From Thermoanaerobaculia bacterium (GTDB taxonomy: Bacteria; Acidobacteriota; Thermoanaerobaculia; Gp7-AA8), in NCBI GenBank assembly GCA_041750915.1, contig JBGSYJ010000241.1, positions 1,067-65,066 on the forward strand: a stretch of 64,000 nucleotides of DNA, given 5' to 3'. The translations under genes and the position numbers were made by a program. This document shows positions 18,015 to 27,999 of this stretch, piece by piece (positions within the stretch are counted from its first letter, which is position 1; each line of letters opens with the position of its first letter). Below the pieces are notes generated by a model. That model saw nothing but the letters and a program-made list of their open reading frames with translations. It searched no databases and was not told where the DNA came from.

Positions 18015-19760
18015 CTAATCGAAAGCTATCCCGAGCAGACGGCCAGATGGCTCCAGGTCAGTTAGGCGAGTCGGGATCCGCCCTTCCAGGAAGTCCCCGC
18101 CGAGGAGCGCGGTCGGGAATTCGTCAGAGTTCATTGCGCACAGGTACTGAAATCCAAATCTCGCCGATTTGGCGGCCGCCAGCTCGAGCGCGAGCGCCTT
18201 CTGCCTCTCATCAACACCCTCAAAGATGGTGCTGTCGTGAATGAGCATGCCCGGCGCCTGGCTGTGGTCGGACCACAGTTCAGCGAGCATCAAATCGAAG
18301 CAGAACATGGCCATGTTCTCGACGCCGGCAGCATCCTTCCGGGGCATTTGCCAGCCGAAGAAGAAGCCATTGCTTCGGCTCTCGATGATGAATGACCCCG
18401 CCTGGCCGTAAAGATATTGGGTGTTCTCGAAAAAAATGCCGAGGATCTTCTCCCTTTGCAGGCGCAATTCAGAGAGGCTGAGTCGTGTCAGCTGTTGGAG
18501 GCGTGCTTCATCGACCTTCAGTGCGTCACGGCCCTCCGTGAACTTACGAATGTTCTCAAGCCGCTGCTCGACGTCCTTTAGCTGCGTGACTGTAGCGACA
18601 TGAAGCTGCTGCAGCTTCATGTACTCGTCCAGGGCGCCGTGGCTCTGCAACACTGTGAGGAGTTCCGCGCGCTCATCGCTCAGCCGCCGAATCTCCGCAG
18701 TACGCTCCGCGACTGACGCCTTCAAGCGCGCCATTTCGGTTGACAGAAACGCCCGTCGATCCTCGATGACACCTCGGTGGAAGTCTCGGACCTCATCGAA
18801 GCGCTTCAGGACGACGTCTGGAAGTTCGACGGACGCTGCCTCGTAGGCGCGTCGAATTTCCGTTTCACCGGGGTCCACTTCGATTTTCAGACTCTCCGCG
18901 TAATTCTGCAGGAGCCTCGTCTCGGTGAAGTTCGTGTCCGTGAGCTTCTGCAATGAGGCGGTGATGACGTTCGCTCGCCGCTCGATGTCTTCATACTGAG
19001 GATGAACCTTGAACGACTTGAGCCCAGATTCTTCGTCGCGAAGTCGCATCTGGAGTTTCACCCGGTCTGCCTCAAGTTGACCCTCTGATCCGAGTACGTT
19101 GTTGAGAAGCCCTGCGCCAGCCGCTTTTCTCAACTTTTGCAGGAGGGCTTCCTGCTCTTTGTGGAGCTTCCACTCGACTGCGGTCTGCCACGAGAGGCCA
19201 AGAAGGAATGCGATGTTGATGCGTGACTCGTACGATCCCTGCTTTCTATGCGTCTCAAACGGGCTTGCATACGCGTCTTTACCGACACGCACGAAGTAAG
19301 GGAACAGATTCCGAAAGGTCGGCTGATGAGCGACCGGATCGTCTACCGACAGCCCGAACATTAGCTGCCCGAGGACCCGCACCCATTCGTCGATCTTCAG
19401 AAAAGGGCCGTGCAAGAGGGTGTCCGCATGCGGTCGAATCGGAAACCACGAGGTGTCACCCGCAAAAATGACTTTGGCTGGCTCCGAGGTCGCGCGCGTG
19501 ACCGAGAACGTCCGTCCGCGGAGAACGACATCGAGTGTGAACTCCCAGCCTTCCAGCGCAAACTTCAGCAATCCCTTGTCCTTTGTCGTACTCGCGCCGA
19601 GGCAAAAGTGAATGATCTGGAGCAAGGTCGTCTTGCCCAAGCCATTGCGCGAGTCCTTTTCGGTGGACCTTTCGGTCCGATCCGCTAGGAGGACGTTGAA
19701 ATCTCCGCGAAGGGCGACCGTCCGGAATCCCGCGTTATTCGCCCTGATCTTGGCGATCAC
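18015..19760 (-). CDS. ABC/SMC-like ATPase with long coiled coil (Lamassu LmuB / ABC-3C ATPase-like)
   Basis: N-terminal Walker A NGLGKTTLLQII. ~300-aa coiled-coil middle rich in E/R/L heptads. C-terminal Walker B/D-loop region MLIHDSTIFEGVD. Its start overlaps the upstream small ORF. Confidence 0.6.
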   Translation of the reverse strand: MIAKIRANNAGFRTVALRGDFNVLLADRTERSTEKDSRNGLGKTTLLQIIHFCLGASTTKDKGLLKFALEGWEFTLDVVLRGRTFSVTRATSEPAKVIFAGDTSWFPIRPHADTLLHGPFLKIDEWVRVLGQLMFGLSVDDPVAHQPTFRNLFPYFVRVGKDAYASPFETHRKQGSYESRINIAFLLGLSWQTAVEWKLHKEQEALLQKLRKAAGAGLLNNVLGSEGQLEADRVKLQMRLRDEESGLKSFKVHPQYEDIERRANVITASLQKLTDTNFTETRLLQNYAESLKIEVDPGETEIRRAYEAASVELPDVVLKRFDEVRDFHRGVIEDRRAFLSTEMARLKASVAERTAEIRRLSDERAELLTVLQSHGALDEYMKLQQLHVATVTQLKDVEQRLENIRKFTEGRDALKVDEARLQQLTRLSLSELRLQREKILGIFFENTQYLYGQAGSFIIESRSNGFFFGWQMPRKDAAGVENMAMFCFDLMLAELWSDHSQAPGMLIHDSTIFEGVDERQKALALELAAAKSARFGFQYLCAMNSDEFPTALLGGDFLEGRIPTRLTDLEPSGRLLGIAFD

Positions 19761-19986
19761 GTGCCGAGGCCCTCTGAAGCTTCCCGTTCAACAACTCGAC
19801 GGCACCAACGGCGAAGAGAAAACTGACCGCCACCGTGAACCGGTTGAAGTTCTCTAGTTCGTGAATTTTTCGCGCGCTCTCCCAGAGCGATGAGACCGTT
19901 CGGGGCTGAGAAAGCTGCTTCAAGATCAGCGCTCCCATCCCAACAACAGATCGACGCGGCGTAATGTGCTTGTCGGGCAGAATCAC
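19735..19986 (-). CDS. Small middle-component-like protein (83 aa) between the effector and the ATPase
   Basis: Start overlaps the stop of the HNH gene (ATGA at 19983-19986). The end overlaps the ATPase start. Confidence 0.45.
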   Translation of the reverse strand: MILPDKHITPRRSVVGMGALILKQLSQPRTVSSLWESARKIHELENFNRFTVAVSFLFAVGAVELLNGKLQRASARDRQDQGE

Positions 19987-20753
19987 GGCTCGAAGACCTC
20001 ACACAGTTCAAACAAGTAGGAAAGAACCGCCTGGCCGGCTGCACGCCGAGAGCTGCCCGCCAATACTCCACCCGACGCGATCACCGAGAGTCGTTCGAAC
20101 AGATCGTCACCCTTCACTCCATCGTGCAGGAGTGCGTAATAGTGCTTACGGAAACCAAATTTCAGCCGGTCGGGGAAGGTCGAATCATTCGAGGTCTCCG
20201 CCGACACATAGTCCCGGACCCTTGAAGCGATGGAGATTCCATTCGTGAGTGCGAGCCGTGTGATACCTGAGAGCTCGTTCTTCAACATCTTCGCGTCGAT
20301 CTCGGTCCGTGTCAGCGTTCCTGGTGCCTGCTCGACCGCGGGATCGGCAACGAAACGCTCGCAGACGGCATCGAGTTCCGCGAAGGTCACGTCGGCTGTC
20401 GCCAAGTTTCGGACCGCCGCGATCTTTTCCTCCATCGCGCGCTTCATCACCCTCAGCGAATCAACGGGATGGGACTTGGGTGCCTTGTCTACTTGGGTGT
20501 GGTGATTTGGGCACAGCAGAATCAGATTCTCAGGTGCGTTCTTCTTCGCGATGGGGATCTTGGCGCCCTTCACGCCCCGCGGGCCCTCATCCGCGAGAGG
20601 GTAGACGTGCGCAGTCTCGTAAAGGTGAATGTCGCCGTCGGCGGGCGTCGGTTGGTCGAGGATCTTGTTGCACCCACCGAAGTTGCATATCCCTGCCGAA
20701 CGCGCGATCACGATCAGCTTTATCTTGGTTGGAACCTCGGCTTGTCTTGTCAT
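19983..20753 (-). CDS. HNH endonuclease-domain protein with C-terminal helical domain (candidate effector of the ABC ATPase system)
   Basis: GICNFGGCNK...AHVYPLADEGPRG...NLILLCPNHHTQVD has the CxxC...H...N...CPNHH HNH zinc-finger nuclease signature. It is the first gene of a three-gene overlapping operon. Confidence 0.65.
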   Translation of the reverse strand: MTRQAEVPTKIKLIVIARSAGICNFGGCNKILDQPTPADGDIHLYETAHVYPLADEGPRGVKGAKIPIAKKNAPENLILLCPNHHTQVDKAPKSHPVDSLRVMKRAMEEKIAAVRNLATADVTFAELDAVCERFVADPAVEQAPGTLTRTEIDAKMLKNELSGITRLALTNGISIASRVRDYVSAETSNDSTFPDRLKFGFRKHYYALLHDGVKGDDLFERLSVIASGGVLAGSSRRAAGQAVLSYLFELCEVFEP

Positions 20754-21631
20754 TTAGGGGTGAAGCCGCCTCAATATTATCCTGCCTGCCCTATGTTACT
20801 TGAAACTTCGCGAACCGCGCTGATTGCCGCGGTGATTTCCGGCAGATCTCTCCCGGAGACTGCCACTGTGCGACGGAAGCTTGCTCACATTGCTGCGGGT
20901 GACATGGTGACAGGACGGGGAGACTACGGCTCTCGCGCACGCCGCGCACTGGCCGTCCGGCTCTGATCCAGGACTCAACGGCGTATACACGACGGCGGCG
21001 GATGAGCGGCAGGAGATCTGTCAGTGCCGACGCATCGGCGGCTTCCGCTGCCCGACCCGTGTGCATACGGCGGTTCGGGAGCAAGTCTCGGATCGACGAA
21101 CGACCCTTGGGCAAGTTGTGTTGGTGCCATCTGGTCTCCGCTCATCGTTCTTTCCTTCGGCATCCAATTGTCTGGCGGAGAACGCGCTCCGACGTAGCGA
21201 ATGTGCGTAAGAGACCTCATCGGAGAAGCCACCGATAGTCCAAGTTCTCGTAAGAGGGACGCTATGACTTGATCTTGTTACAGATGCGGACACGTACTTC
21301 GGCTCGGGTGACTACGTTTCCACTTGGACTTCTTTCCTATCTCGCGTAACATTCACGGTGCATCAGGAATGAACGCGGTCTCGCGTTCAGCCAGACGGCG
21401 CCTTCGCGGGCGCCCGTTGGAGCCGGCAATCAAGCCGCGATGCGCGGGAAATATCCCGTAGGAGAAATTCGCGATGCAAAATCTCGCCGCACCCTGGAAC
21501 CGCTGTCTCCATTCCTCTCGCGGTAGCCCCTCGATCCACCTGCATGAACACCTAGCCGTTTATTCGCATCCGGAGAGAGGCTCGTTCAGAAAGAACTTCC
21601 GGAGCGCCGGCCGGCGTAGAAGGAGACACTC

Positions 21632-22207
21632 ATGAAATCAACCAGACCTCAGCGTATCTCTACCGTCGTCGATGGCCACGAGATTATCGGAGAAATCATT
21701 CTGCGCACGCGGAACGATATCGAAGTGCGGTTGTCGGGACCTCTTCCCCTGGTTACGGGGATGCACATCCCCTACTTCGCAATGCAGTTTCAGAACTACC
21801 AGAGCGAACTTGGAGACCGGACGGCCCGCACTCTTCTCGCCGAGCTGCACCGACGGGCACGACTCATTGAAGAGAATCGGGAACGTATCACGAGCTTACG
21901 GCTGACCCAGAGAGAAGAACTCGAACGATTCGACAACCGACTCCGCGAACTGGAGCTCCAGCAGCGTAGCGATCGCACACTACTGCGCCGACGGTTCCGA
22001 TCAGGCGAATTGACGCAACGAGACTATCAGGCAGCGCTCGAGGCACACCGCAAGAACATCGCTGAGATCGAAGGCCTCAGAAGCCGAACAGAGAACGCAT
22101 TCTCTGAACTCATACCAGACATTCCGGCCGACGACTGGGAACAAGTGCTCTCGTTGCTTCAACTGGAAGACGCCCCGGCTAGGTTCAAGCCCGGAGAATC
22201 GATGTAG
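21632..22207 (+). CDS. Hypothetical coiled-coil protein (191 aa)
   Basis: ORF with R/E/L-rich heptad-like segments. Confidence 0.35.
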   Translation: MKSTRPQRISTVVDGHEIIGEIILRTRNDIEVRLSGPLPLVTGMHIPYFAMQFQNYQSELGDRTARTLLAELHRRARLIEENRERITSLRLTQREELERFDNRLRELELQQRSDRTLLRRRFRSGELTQRDYQAALEAHRKNIAEIEGLRSRTENAFSELIPDIPADDWEQVLSLLQLEDAPARFKPGESM

Positions 22208-22615
22208 TGCGATCAAAGATTCTGACCGCGCGAATCGCAAGCCGGATGTCCCGCGCTGCGGAGCGCGACTCGGTACTATTCTTTCAGCCTAGCGTGATCG
22301 GCTCGCGGTCGTTACACGATCGACGTGCCAGATCATAAGCGTGCAGCACTACGAAAAGAGCCTGACAGCCGGTTACCCCCGACCGCCCACCGTATCAGCC
22401 CGTGTCGCTTCGGACCGGCGTAGGGCGGCTGAGGGTCGCTGCGGGGGTCAATGAAAGGCGCGAACACGTCCATCAGGCAGTACTCCTCACGAGGATACGC
22501 GCTTTTTTCAGCTCGAGCGGATGGCGGATGAGCTGATAGCTCCCATCGCTAGAACTTGGTGACAGCAAGCAGTTCACTCCTAGGGATGCATCGGTCCCCA
22601 GCCGCGCGGCCTGGA

Positions 22616-23818
22616 GTTGACCCGGTTTCGTGGACACCTGACCATTAGGGAGAGGAGTCACGATGCCGAGGACACGAAAAGCGTATGCAGCAGAGGCGAC
22701 CCAGTTCCGAATCGACTGCGCCGACGGCTCGAACCTTCGACTTAGCTCTTCTGGCGTTTGACCCTTCCGAACCAACTCCAGGGTCGGCGGAGCGACGGGC
22801 TGACCAGCGACGAGCGGGACGAGCTCACGCGCCTGCGACGTGAGAACCGCCGGCTGGAAGAAGAGCGGGAGATAGTGTCAAAAGCCGCGGCCTGGTTCGC
22901 TCAGGAGACGCAGAAGAAGCCGAACGGATCTTCAGAGCAAATCAGGCCTTTCATTCGATCGCTGCGATGTGCCGTGTACTGGAAGTCTCCACCAGCGGGT
23001 ACTACGCATGGCGAGGTCGTCTCGAGTCGACCAGAGCAAAGGAAGACGAAAAGCTGCAGCAAAGGATCAAAGCAATTCACACGTGGTCCCGAGGAACCTA
23101 CGGGGCTCCACGCGTGCATGCGGAGTTGAAGGACGAAGGGACGCTAGTGGGATGCAAGCGCGTGGCTCGCCTGATGAAAGCGGGCGGGATTGTGGGCGTA
23201 AGCCGGCGAAAATGGACCGTAACGACGCGACGAGATCCGGCCGCACGTCCGGCTCCTGATCTGGTCGATCGCAGCTTCAAAGCCGAACGACCGAATCAGC
23301 TATGGGTGGCGGACATCACGTATGTCCCGACCCTGACGGGGTTCCTCTACCTGGCCGTAGTTCTGGATGTATCGAGCAGGAAGATCGTCGGCTGGGCGAT
23401 GCAGAGGCATCTTCGAACCTCGCTCGTGCTCGATGCGCTGGAAATGGCAGTGGAACAGCGTCGTCCGGATGCAGGGCTAATTCACCACTCGGATCAGGGC
23501 TGCCAGTACACCGCGATCGGCTTCGGACAACGATGCAAGCAAGCGGGCATCCGACCCTCGATGGGATCGGTTGGCGACTGCTACGACAACGCCATGTGCG
23601 AGAGCTTCTTCGCCACGCTCGAATGTGAGCTTATCGATCGAACGCGCTTCATGAATCACTCAGAAGCCCGTGCGGCGATCTTCGATTTCATTGAAGGCTG
23701 ATACAACCCGCATCGTCGTCACTCTAGTCTCGCATATCATTCGCCTGTGAATTTCGAACGGATCGAGCAGATGTCTGCCTGATCCCAAGCTGTGAACCGT
23801 CCACGAAACCGGGGTAGC
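22616..23818 (+). mobile_element. IS3-family insertion sequence, degenerate (OrfA internally deleted or frameshifted; OrfB has a premature TGA replacing the conserved Trp of the GWYNP motif)
   Basis: The OrfA start MPRTRKAYAAE at 22663 runs into a stop after ~32 aa, then resumes in another frame with the IS3 leucine-zipper LTRLRRENRRLEEEREIVSKAAAWFA. OrfB (22967..23701) has a DDE integrase core (WVADITYV...HHSDQGCQYT...DCYDNAMCESFF). Its terminal IEG-stop-YNPHRRHSSLAYHSPVNFE continues in frame. Terminal inverted repeats cccggtttcgtggac (22621-22635) and gtccacgaaaccggg (23800-23814). Confidence 0.8.
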
Positions 23819-24151
23819 CTCAGACACCGGCTACCATCAGCACGAAGATGCTTGGCTTATCTTCTGTACGATCGATTCGGCGGGGCGCACTGGTCACGAT
23901 TATCCGAACAGATTCGATGGAAACGATCTCCCCCTGACCACCTCGTAACACACCACCGCCGCCGGGGTCCGGGTTCCCGACCCCCTGCTACCCTTGCTGA
24001 TCTTCCATCTGAAACGAAGCTGGCAATTCGTAAACTTTCGTTCTAGAGTTCCACGAGCAGCGCAATTTTGTGCCGCACGTATGTCGCCTGGCGAGCGGTT
24101 TACGATCAGCGAATCATCGGGGCCAATGCTCTTATTGAGGAGGGAAAGAAT

Positions 24152-24706
24152 ATGGCGAACAATAATAAAAGCGCGTCACACGTCTCCATTGATACCACCA
24201 GCTTCCCTAATGCGCGCGCGATGGCGTTGAGCGCCGGTGACATCAACCAAGCGGTAAGACGACGAGTAGGGGACATCCTAACGGCCAATCGAAATAACAT
24301 TCTAAAGGCGTTCCCCCAAGGTTTAAAGGAACTCGTTGATATGGGTGCGATCTCCGCTAATGAATCCCAGACATTGAGCAAGATTCTGAAGCTCATCATC
24401 GACGTCGACAGAGATCGTGCCGATCCCGAAGATGCCTTTCTTGCAATCAGAACCCTGTACCACGAGCTGATAGTGGACCAGCGGTCCACTCCGGTTGCAT
24501 TGGCGATTGCGGGGGTTGCGAGCTCATCGTTCAGTCTCGAGAAGAATAGCCCTCTGAAAGTCAATAAGATTGCCGGCGCAGGAGGCGCAATAGCTGGTGC
24601 GGTAACTGGAGCCGGAATTGGATTCGGTATTGGGGGGCCCATCGGCGGAGCTATTGGTGGCGTCATCGGCGGAGCTGTGGGCGCCACAGTCGGACTGTGC
24701 GGTTAG
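24152..24706 (+). CDS. Glycine-zipper (GxxxG-repeat) C-terminal domain protein, bacteriocin/membrane-toxin-like
   Basis: Strong RBS (gaggagggaaag) before the ATG at 24152. C-terminal GAGGAIAGAVTGAGIGFGIGGPIGGAIGGVIGGAVGATVG is a glycine-zipper membrane motif. Confidence 0.5.
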   Translation: MANNNKSASHVSIDTTSFPNARAMALSAGDINQAVRRRVGDILTANRNNILKAFPQGLKELVDMGAISANESQTLSKILKLIIDVDRDRADPEDAFLAIRTLYHELIVDQRSTPVALAIAGVASSSFSLEKNSPLKVNKIAGAGGAIAGAVTGAGIGFGIGGPIGGAIGGVIGGAVGATVGLCG

Positions 24707-24754
24707 AAGGTAGAATCGGGCCTTAACGCAGCAGCGCCGTCATGGAGGAAATTC

Positions 24755-24988
24755 ATGAGTTTATGGTCGAGCGTCAAGAAAGCTGCAAAGAGAATCTGGA
24801 GGGCCGCTAAAGCGGTCGTTCGCGCCATTATCCGGATTGTAGTCGTAATCCTCACCTCCCCTACGAAGGTTTGGGATCTTGTTTTTGGATGGGTCGCTTG
24901 GCCAAGGAAAAAGCTGAAGTTACACATAGCGGAAAGTCGGTCAGGTCCGCGAACGCTGGCGCGTCCATCTCGGTGCAGAGCCTGCTGA
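24755..24988 (+). CDS. Small hydrophobic/amphipathic protein (77 aa), candidate immunity/partner of the glycine-zipper protein
   Basis: RBS ggagga before the ATG. A basic amphipathic N-terminus is followed by the TM segment IIRIVVVILTSP. Confidence 0.4.
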   Translation: MSLWSSVKKAAKRIWRAAKAVVRAIIRIVVVILTSPTKVWDLVFGWVAWPRKKLKLHIAESRSGPRTLARPSRCRAC

Positions 24989-25682
24989 GTTTCAGGCGTT
25001 CGCCCAAACATACCGTTTCCGTCTCGGCTTCGATCGCGTCGATGAAGTTGTCGAGCGTGTGTCGGAAAGGATGATGTTCTTGAAGCTGATCCGATTCTGC
25101 ATCGCTTCTCGTCGCGGTAGGGATCGTGAGTGCCTCATCAAGGCTGGGAATGCGTCGCTGACGCGGTCGGATCTCGACGCTCTCCTCATCCGATATGACC
25201 TCGCTCTTCCGCCGAGCGAAAACTCGGCGACCGTTATCTACCTGAAGGCGCAACAATTCGAGGTCGAACCGGACTTCCATCTCGACTGGCGCGACCTCTC
25301 CGACGGCGACCCTGCTGCCGTAATCATCGCGAGCATGACAAGAAACATCGTCGGCCTACTGGTCATCATCCGGCACCTCGATCGTCCGGTTGATGCCGAT
25401 CAGGCCACCAACGAATCCCATTCCTGATGCATCGTGGTGGTACAGAAGCTGTGGCGACTTACCGTCCTCGTACCTCCAAACCTCAAGTGCAGGAAAAGCC
25501 GTGTGTGTCCCGGTGACTTTCAAGCCGCCATCACCCTTAGGCTTCAAAGTGAGGTTGTACTCGAGATTCGGAAGAAAACCGTACCCCAAGCCCATCGCTC
25601 GCCTCAGCTTTGGCGACAATGCCCTTAGACGTAGTCGAGACCTCCTGTTTGGCGACTTCTGCCGATCGAGCCTTGCTCCCAA
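24861..25682 (-). pseudogene. Hypothetical ORF interrupted by an in-frame TAG (two ORFs, 25356..25682 and 24861..25280, share one frame)
   Basis: The coordinates differ by a multiple of 3 and the two ORFs are separated by a single stop codon. Confidence 0.3.
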
Positions 25683-25909
25683 GATCGACAGGCCGGGCTT
25701 AAACTTCTCATCACAGGCTGCCTGCTCTGCGATTCAATCCAGAAAGTTCCTCAGAATGGATTCGGGGTGATCGGTGAGCGCGCGTCTACCGAGAGTAGAC
25801 ACGGTGTTCAGCTCATGGCCGACTGAAGCTGCGACCCCCCAAGGACCCTTATTATCGTCTTTCGAACCTCGAATGGTGGGGTCGGGTCCGAGGCTTTCGG
25901 GAACAGCAA

Positions 25910-26107
25910 TCACTCTTCGTCGACGATCGCGGGTTTCTTGATTGCTTCCGAGTAGCGCTCAAGTTCTGCGGCGAGGTCTTCTATAGACTCAGCACGCGGG
26001 AACACCGGCGTCTCAGTCCATCCAGTGACACGTCCGGTGTCGTCGTAAAACACCTCATGTATCGCGAACTCTCCGGCTCGTTCAACTACCCTGTAGTTCC
26101 AGCTCAC
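25910..26107 (-). CDS. Small immunity candidate (65 aa) for the Rhs C-terminal toxin; HicB/UPF0150-like antitoxin fold suspected
   Basis: Immediately follows the Rhs gene (stop/start adjacent at 26104-26107). NYRVVERAGEFAIHEVFYDDTGRVTGWTETP...IEDLAAELERYSEAIKK resembles HicB-type small antitoxins. Confidence 0.45.
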   Translation of the reverse strand: MSWNYRVVERAGEFAIHEVFYDDTGRVTGWTETPVFPRAESIEDLAAELERYSEAIKKPAIVDEE

Positions 26108-27999
26108 TTATGGTAATCCTTGAATTCTTTGATGATGACTTGTTCGTTCTCAATCTTGTAGATGACCCGTACGGCCCCCCGACCTTTTCCCGATCCTGGC
26201 AAATCAACTGCGGACCAGCCCTTTAGGTCGCCCTTGAGGGCATGCTGATTCTTTCCGGAAAGTCCTGAAGCGAGCATACCCTTTATCTGCTCGTATCCTT
26301 CTCGCTGTTTCCCCCTTAGCGCATCACCTTGTTTGGCGGCACCCGCTTCTTCCACTACAGTCATCATCCTCCGGGTACCTGTCCCGGCTACACGCTGAAT
26401 GAGGCCGCCTACCGCTGGCACGGCGGGTAGAACCAACGCAGCACCGTCAAATGACGCTATGACAAACTTCGCGCCGGCGTCGACAACGTTCGGGAGTGTC
26501 GGCTGCTCTCTTGCTTTGAAAAACGCCGCCGTCCAGGCTTTCGACGAATGGTCATATGACATGACGTCGAGTGCTTCCCATGGAAACCCCCACCTGCCCG
26601 TCGGGTCGATCTTGTTGATCGGATTGTTACGGACATACGAATACATGTTCCAACTCTGCGGCTGGCTCATGTCCCAGTCTTTGCCCGGATCGACGGACAA
26701 AAACCGTCCCAGATTCGGGTTGTAGTACCTCGCGTGCATGTAGTCGAGGTAGTCGACGTTCTCCGCGTAGAGGCCGCCGTGGTAGTCGCGCTCGTGGCCG
26801 GTGAACTGGCGGTCCACCTTTTCGTAGTTCCGTACCGCCATCTGCGTGATCGCGCTCGCTTCCTGGCCGAACGGGTAGTAGTCGTTCTGCGAGAGCTGCT
26901 CGCGGTTCGCGTTCGTGATCTGCCGCGGCGTCCCGAGGTGGTCGAGGTGGTAGTGCAGCCGCCCTCCCTCATTCTCCTCCCGCTGCGCGGCCAACAGAGC
27001 GCTCCCGCGGTACATCGTGTCCTCGGTCCAGAACCAGATCATCGTTGCATGCGTACCGGCGAAGCTCTCGTACTTCCGCTGTACCTTGCCTTCGAGATCG
27101 CGCACCGTCCAGGTCCACAGGCCCTGTCCGTTGTCCTTCGTGCCGATCCGCTCGTCGTCCGCCGTGTAGATGTAGTAGATCTGCTGGCCCCACGCTCCCG
27201 TCAGCTCCCGCATCATGTTCACCGGGTCGAAGTGATAGCTCTTCGTCCCGTTGAACGTCATATTCCCCGCGCCGTCGTAGCTCACCGCGCCGCTGAGCCG
27301 GTTGTTCGCGCTGTTCACTCCGATCGCACCGGGCGACTTGGCACTGTTCGCAGTGCCGGTGCGGCTCGTCATATTGCCGAATGAGTCGTAGCCGTACGTC
27401 TCGGTGACCGGCCCGTTCATCGTCGGAAAGGTCGCTGTCTTCAAGCGGCTCATCCGGTCGTACGTGTAGGACTGCTGCGTCCCGATCGCCGTGATGTTCC
27501 CCACCCCGTCGTAGCTGTACGCGCCCGAGCTCCAGTTCGCGGGGCTCGAGGTCGGATCGATGTTGCTCGACGCCTGCACCGATGAGCTCTCCGACGCTCC
27601 GGAGCGCTGATGGATTGCAACCGCTTCGTCCACCGGCATGACCCGCTGGAGGTACTTTACGTTCGGGTTGTTTCGCAGTCCATTGACTGCCTGCTCCGGA
27701 ATCCGGATCGCGACGCGGTTGCCCCATTCGGCATCCACCGTCGCTCCCGAGGCCGCAAAGTCGGGCCGCTGCGTGCCCTTCTTCGTCTCGAGCACCACGA
27801 TGTACTTGGCTTGCCCGGGCGCTGCCTGTGGCTGGAGCTCGGTGGCAGGTGATGCGTCACTCGCTGACACTCCGGGCGCGAGCAGCCCTATGCACAGCAG
27901 GCACATCAGCATCACTCGCCCGAGTTTCCCACTCGAGGCTCCGGCTCTTCTGCCAGGCGTGTTCATCTTGTTCTTCTCATTCATGGCGGGGCTCCTCAT
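26104..27999 (-). CDS. Secreted Rhs/YD-repeat protein with Rhs core end (RYYNPNLGRFLSVDP...NNPINKIDPTGRW) and a C-terminal YoeB/RelE-fold toxin domain
   Basis: YD repeats (YTYDRMSRL, YGYDSFGNM, VSYDGAGNM). Conserved Rhs C-terminal motifs. The final ~60 aa, HALKGDLKGWSAVDL...GAVRVIYKIENEQVIIKEFKDYHK, align to the YoeB/Txe (RelE superfamily) C-terminus including the terminal YH. Signal-peptide-like MLMCLLCIGLLAPGVSA near the N-terminus. Alternative starts at 27984 and 28053. Confidence 0.7.
   Translation of the reverse strand: MRSPAMNEKNKMNTPGRRAGASSGKLGRVMLMCLLCIGLLAPGVSASDASPATELQPQAAPGQAKYIVVLETKKGTQRPDFAASGATVDAEWGNRVAIRIPEQAVNGLRNNPNVKYLQRVMPVDEAVAIHQRSGASESSSVQASSNIDPTSSPANWSSGAYSYDGVGNITAIGTQQSYTYDRMSRLKTATFPTMNGPVTETYGYDSFGNMTSRTGTANSAKSPGAIGVNSANNRLSGAVSYDGAGNMTFNGTKSYHFDPVNMMRELTGAWGQQIYYIYTADDERIGTKDNGQGLWTWTVRDLEGKVQRKYESFAGTHATMIWFWTEDTMYRGSALLAAQREENEGGRLHYHLDHLGTPRQITNANREQLSQNDYYPFGQEASAITQMAVRNYEKVDRQFTGHERDYHGGLYAENVDYLDYMHARYYNPNLGRFLSVDPGKDWDMSQPQSWNMYSYVRNNPINKIDPTGRWGFPWEALDVMSYDHSSKAWTAAFFKAREQPTLPNVVDAGAKFVIASFDGAALVLPAVPAVGGLIQRVAGTGTRRMMTVVEEAGAAKQGDALRGKQREGYEQIKGMLASGLSGKNQHALKGDLKGWSAVDLPGSGKGRGAVRVIYKIENEQVIIKEFKDYHK

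Noticed and set aside
20760-21630. 870-bp gene-free stretch upstream of the HNH operon with several 60-100-aa ORFs
   Set aside because: The ORFs mutually overlap on both strands and lack RBS or start context. No convincing RNA structure was identified either.
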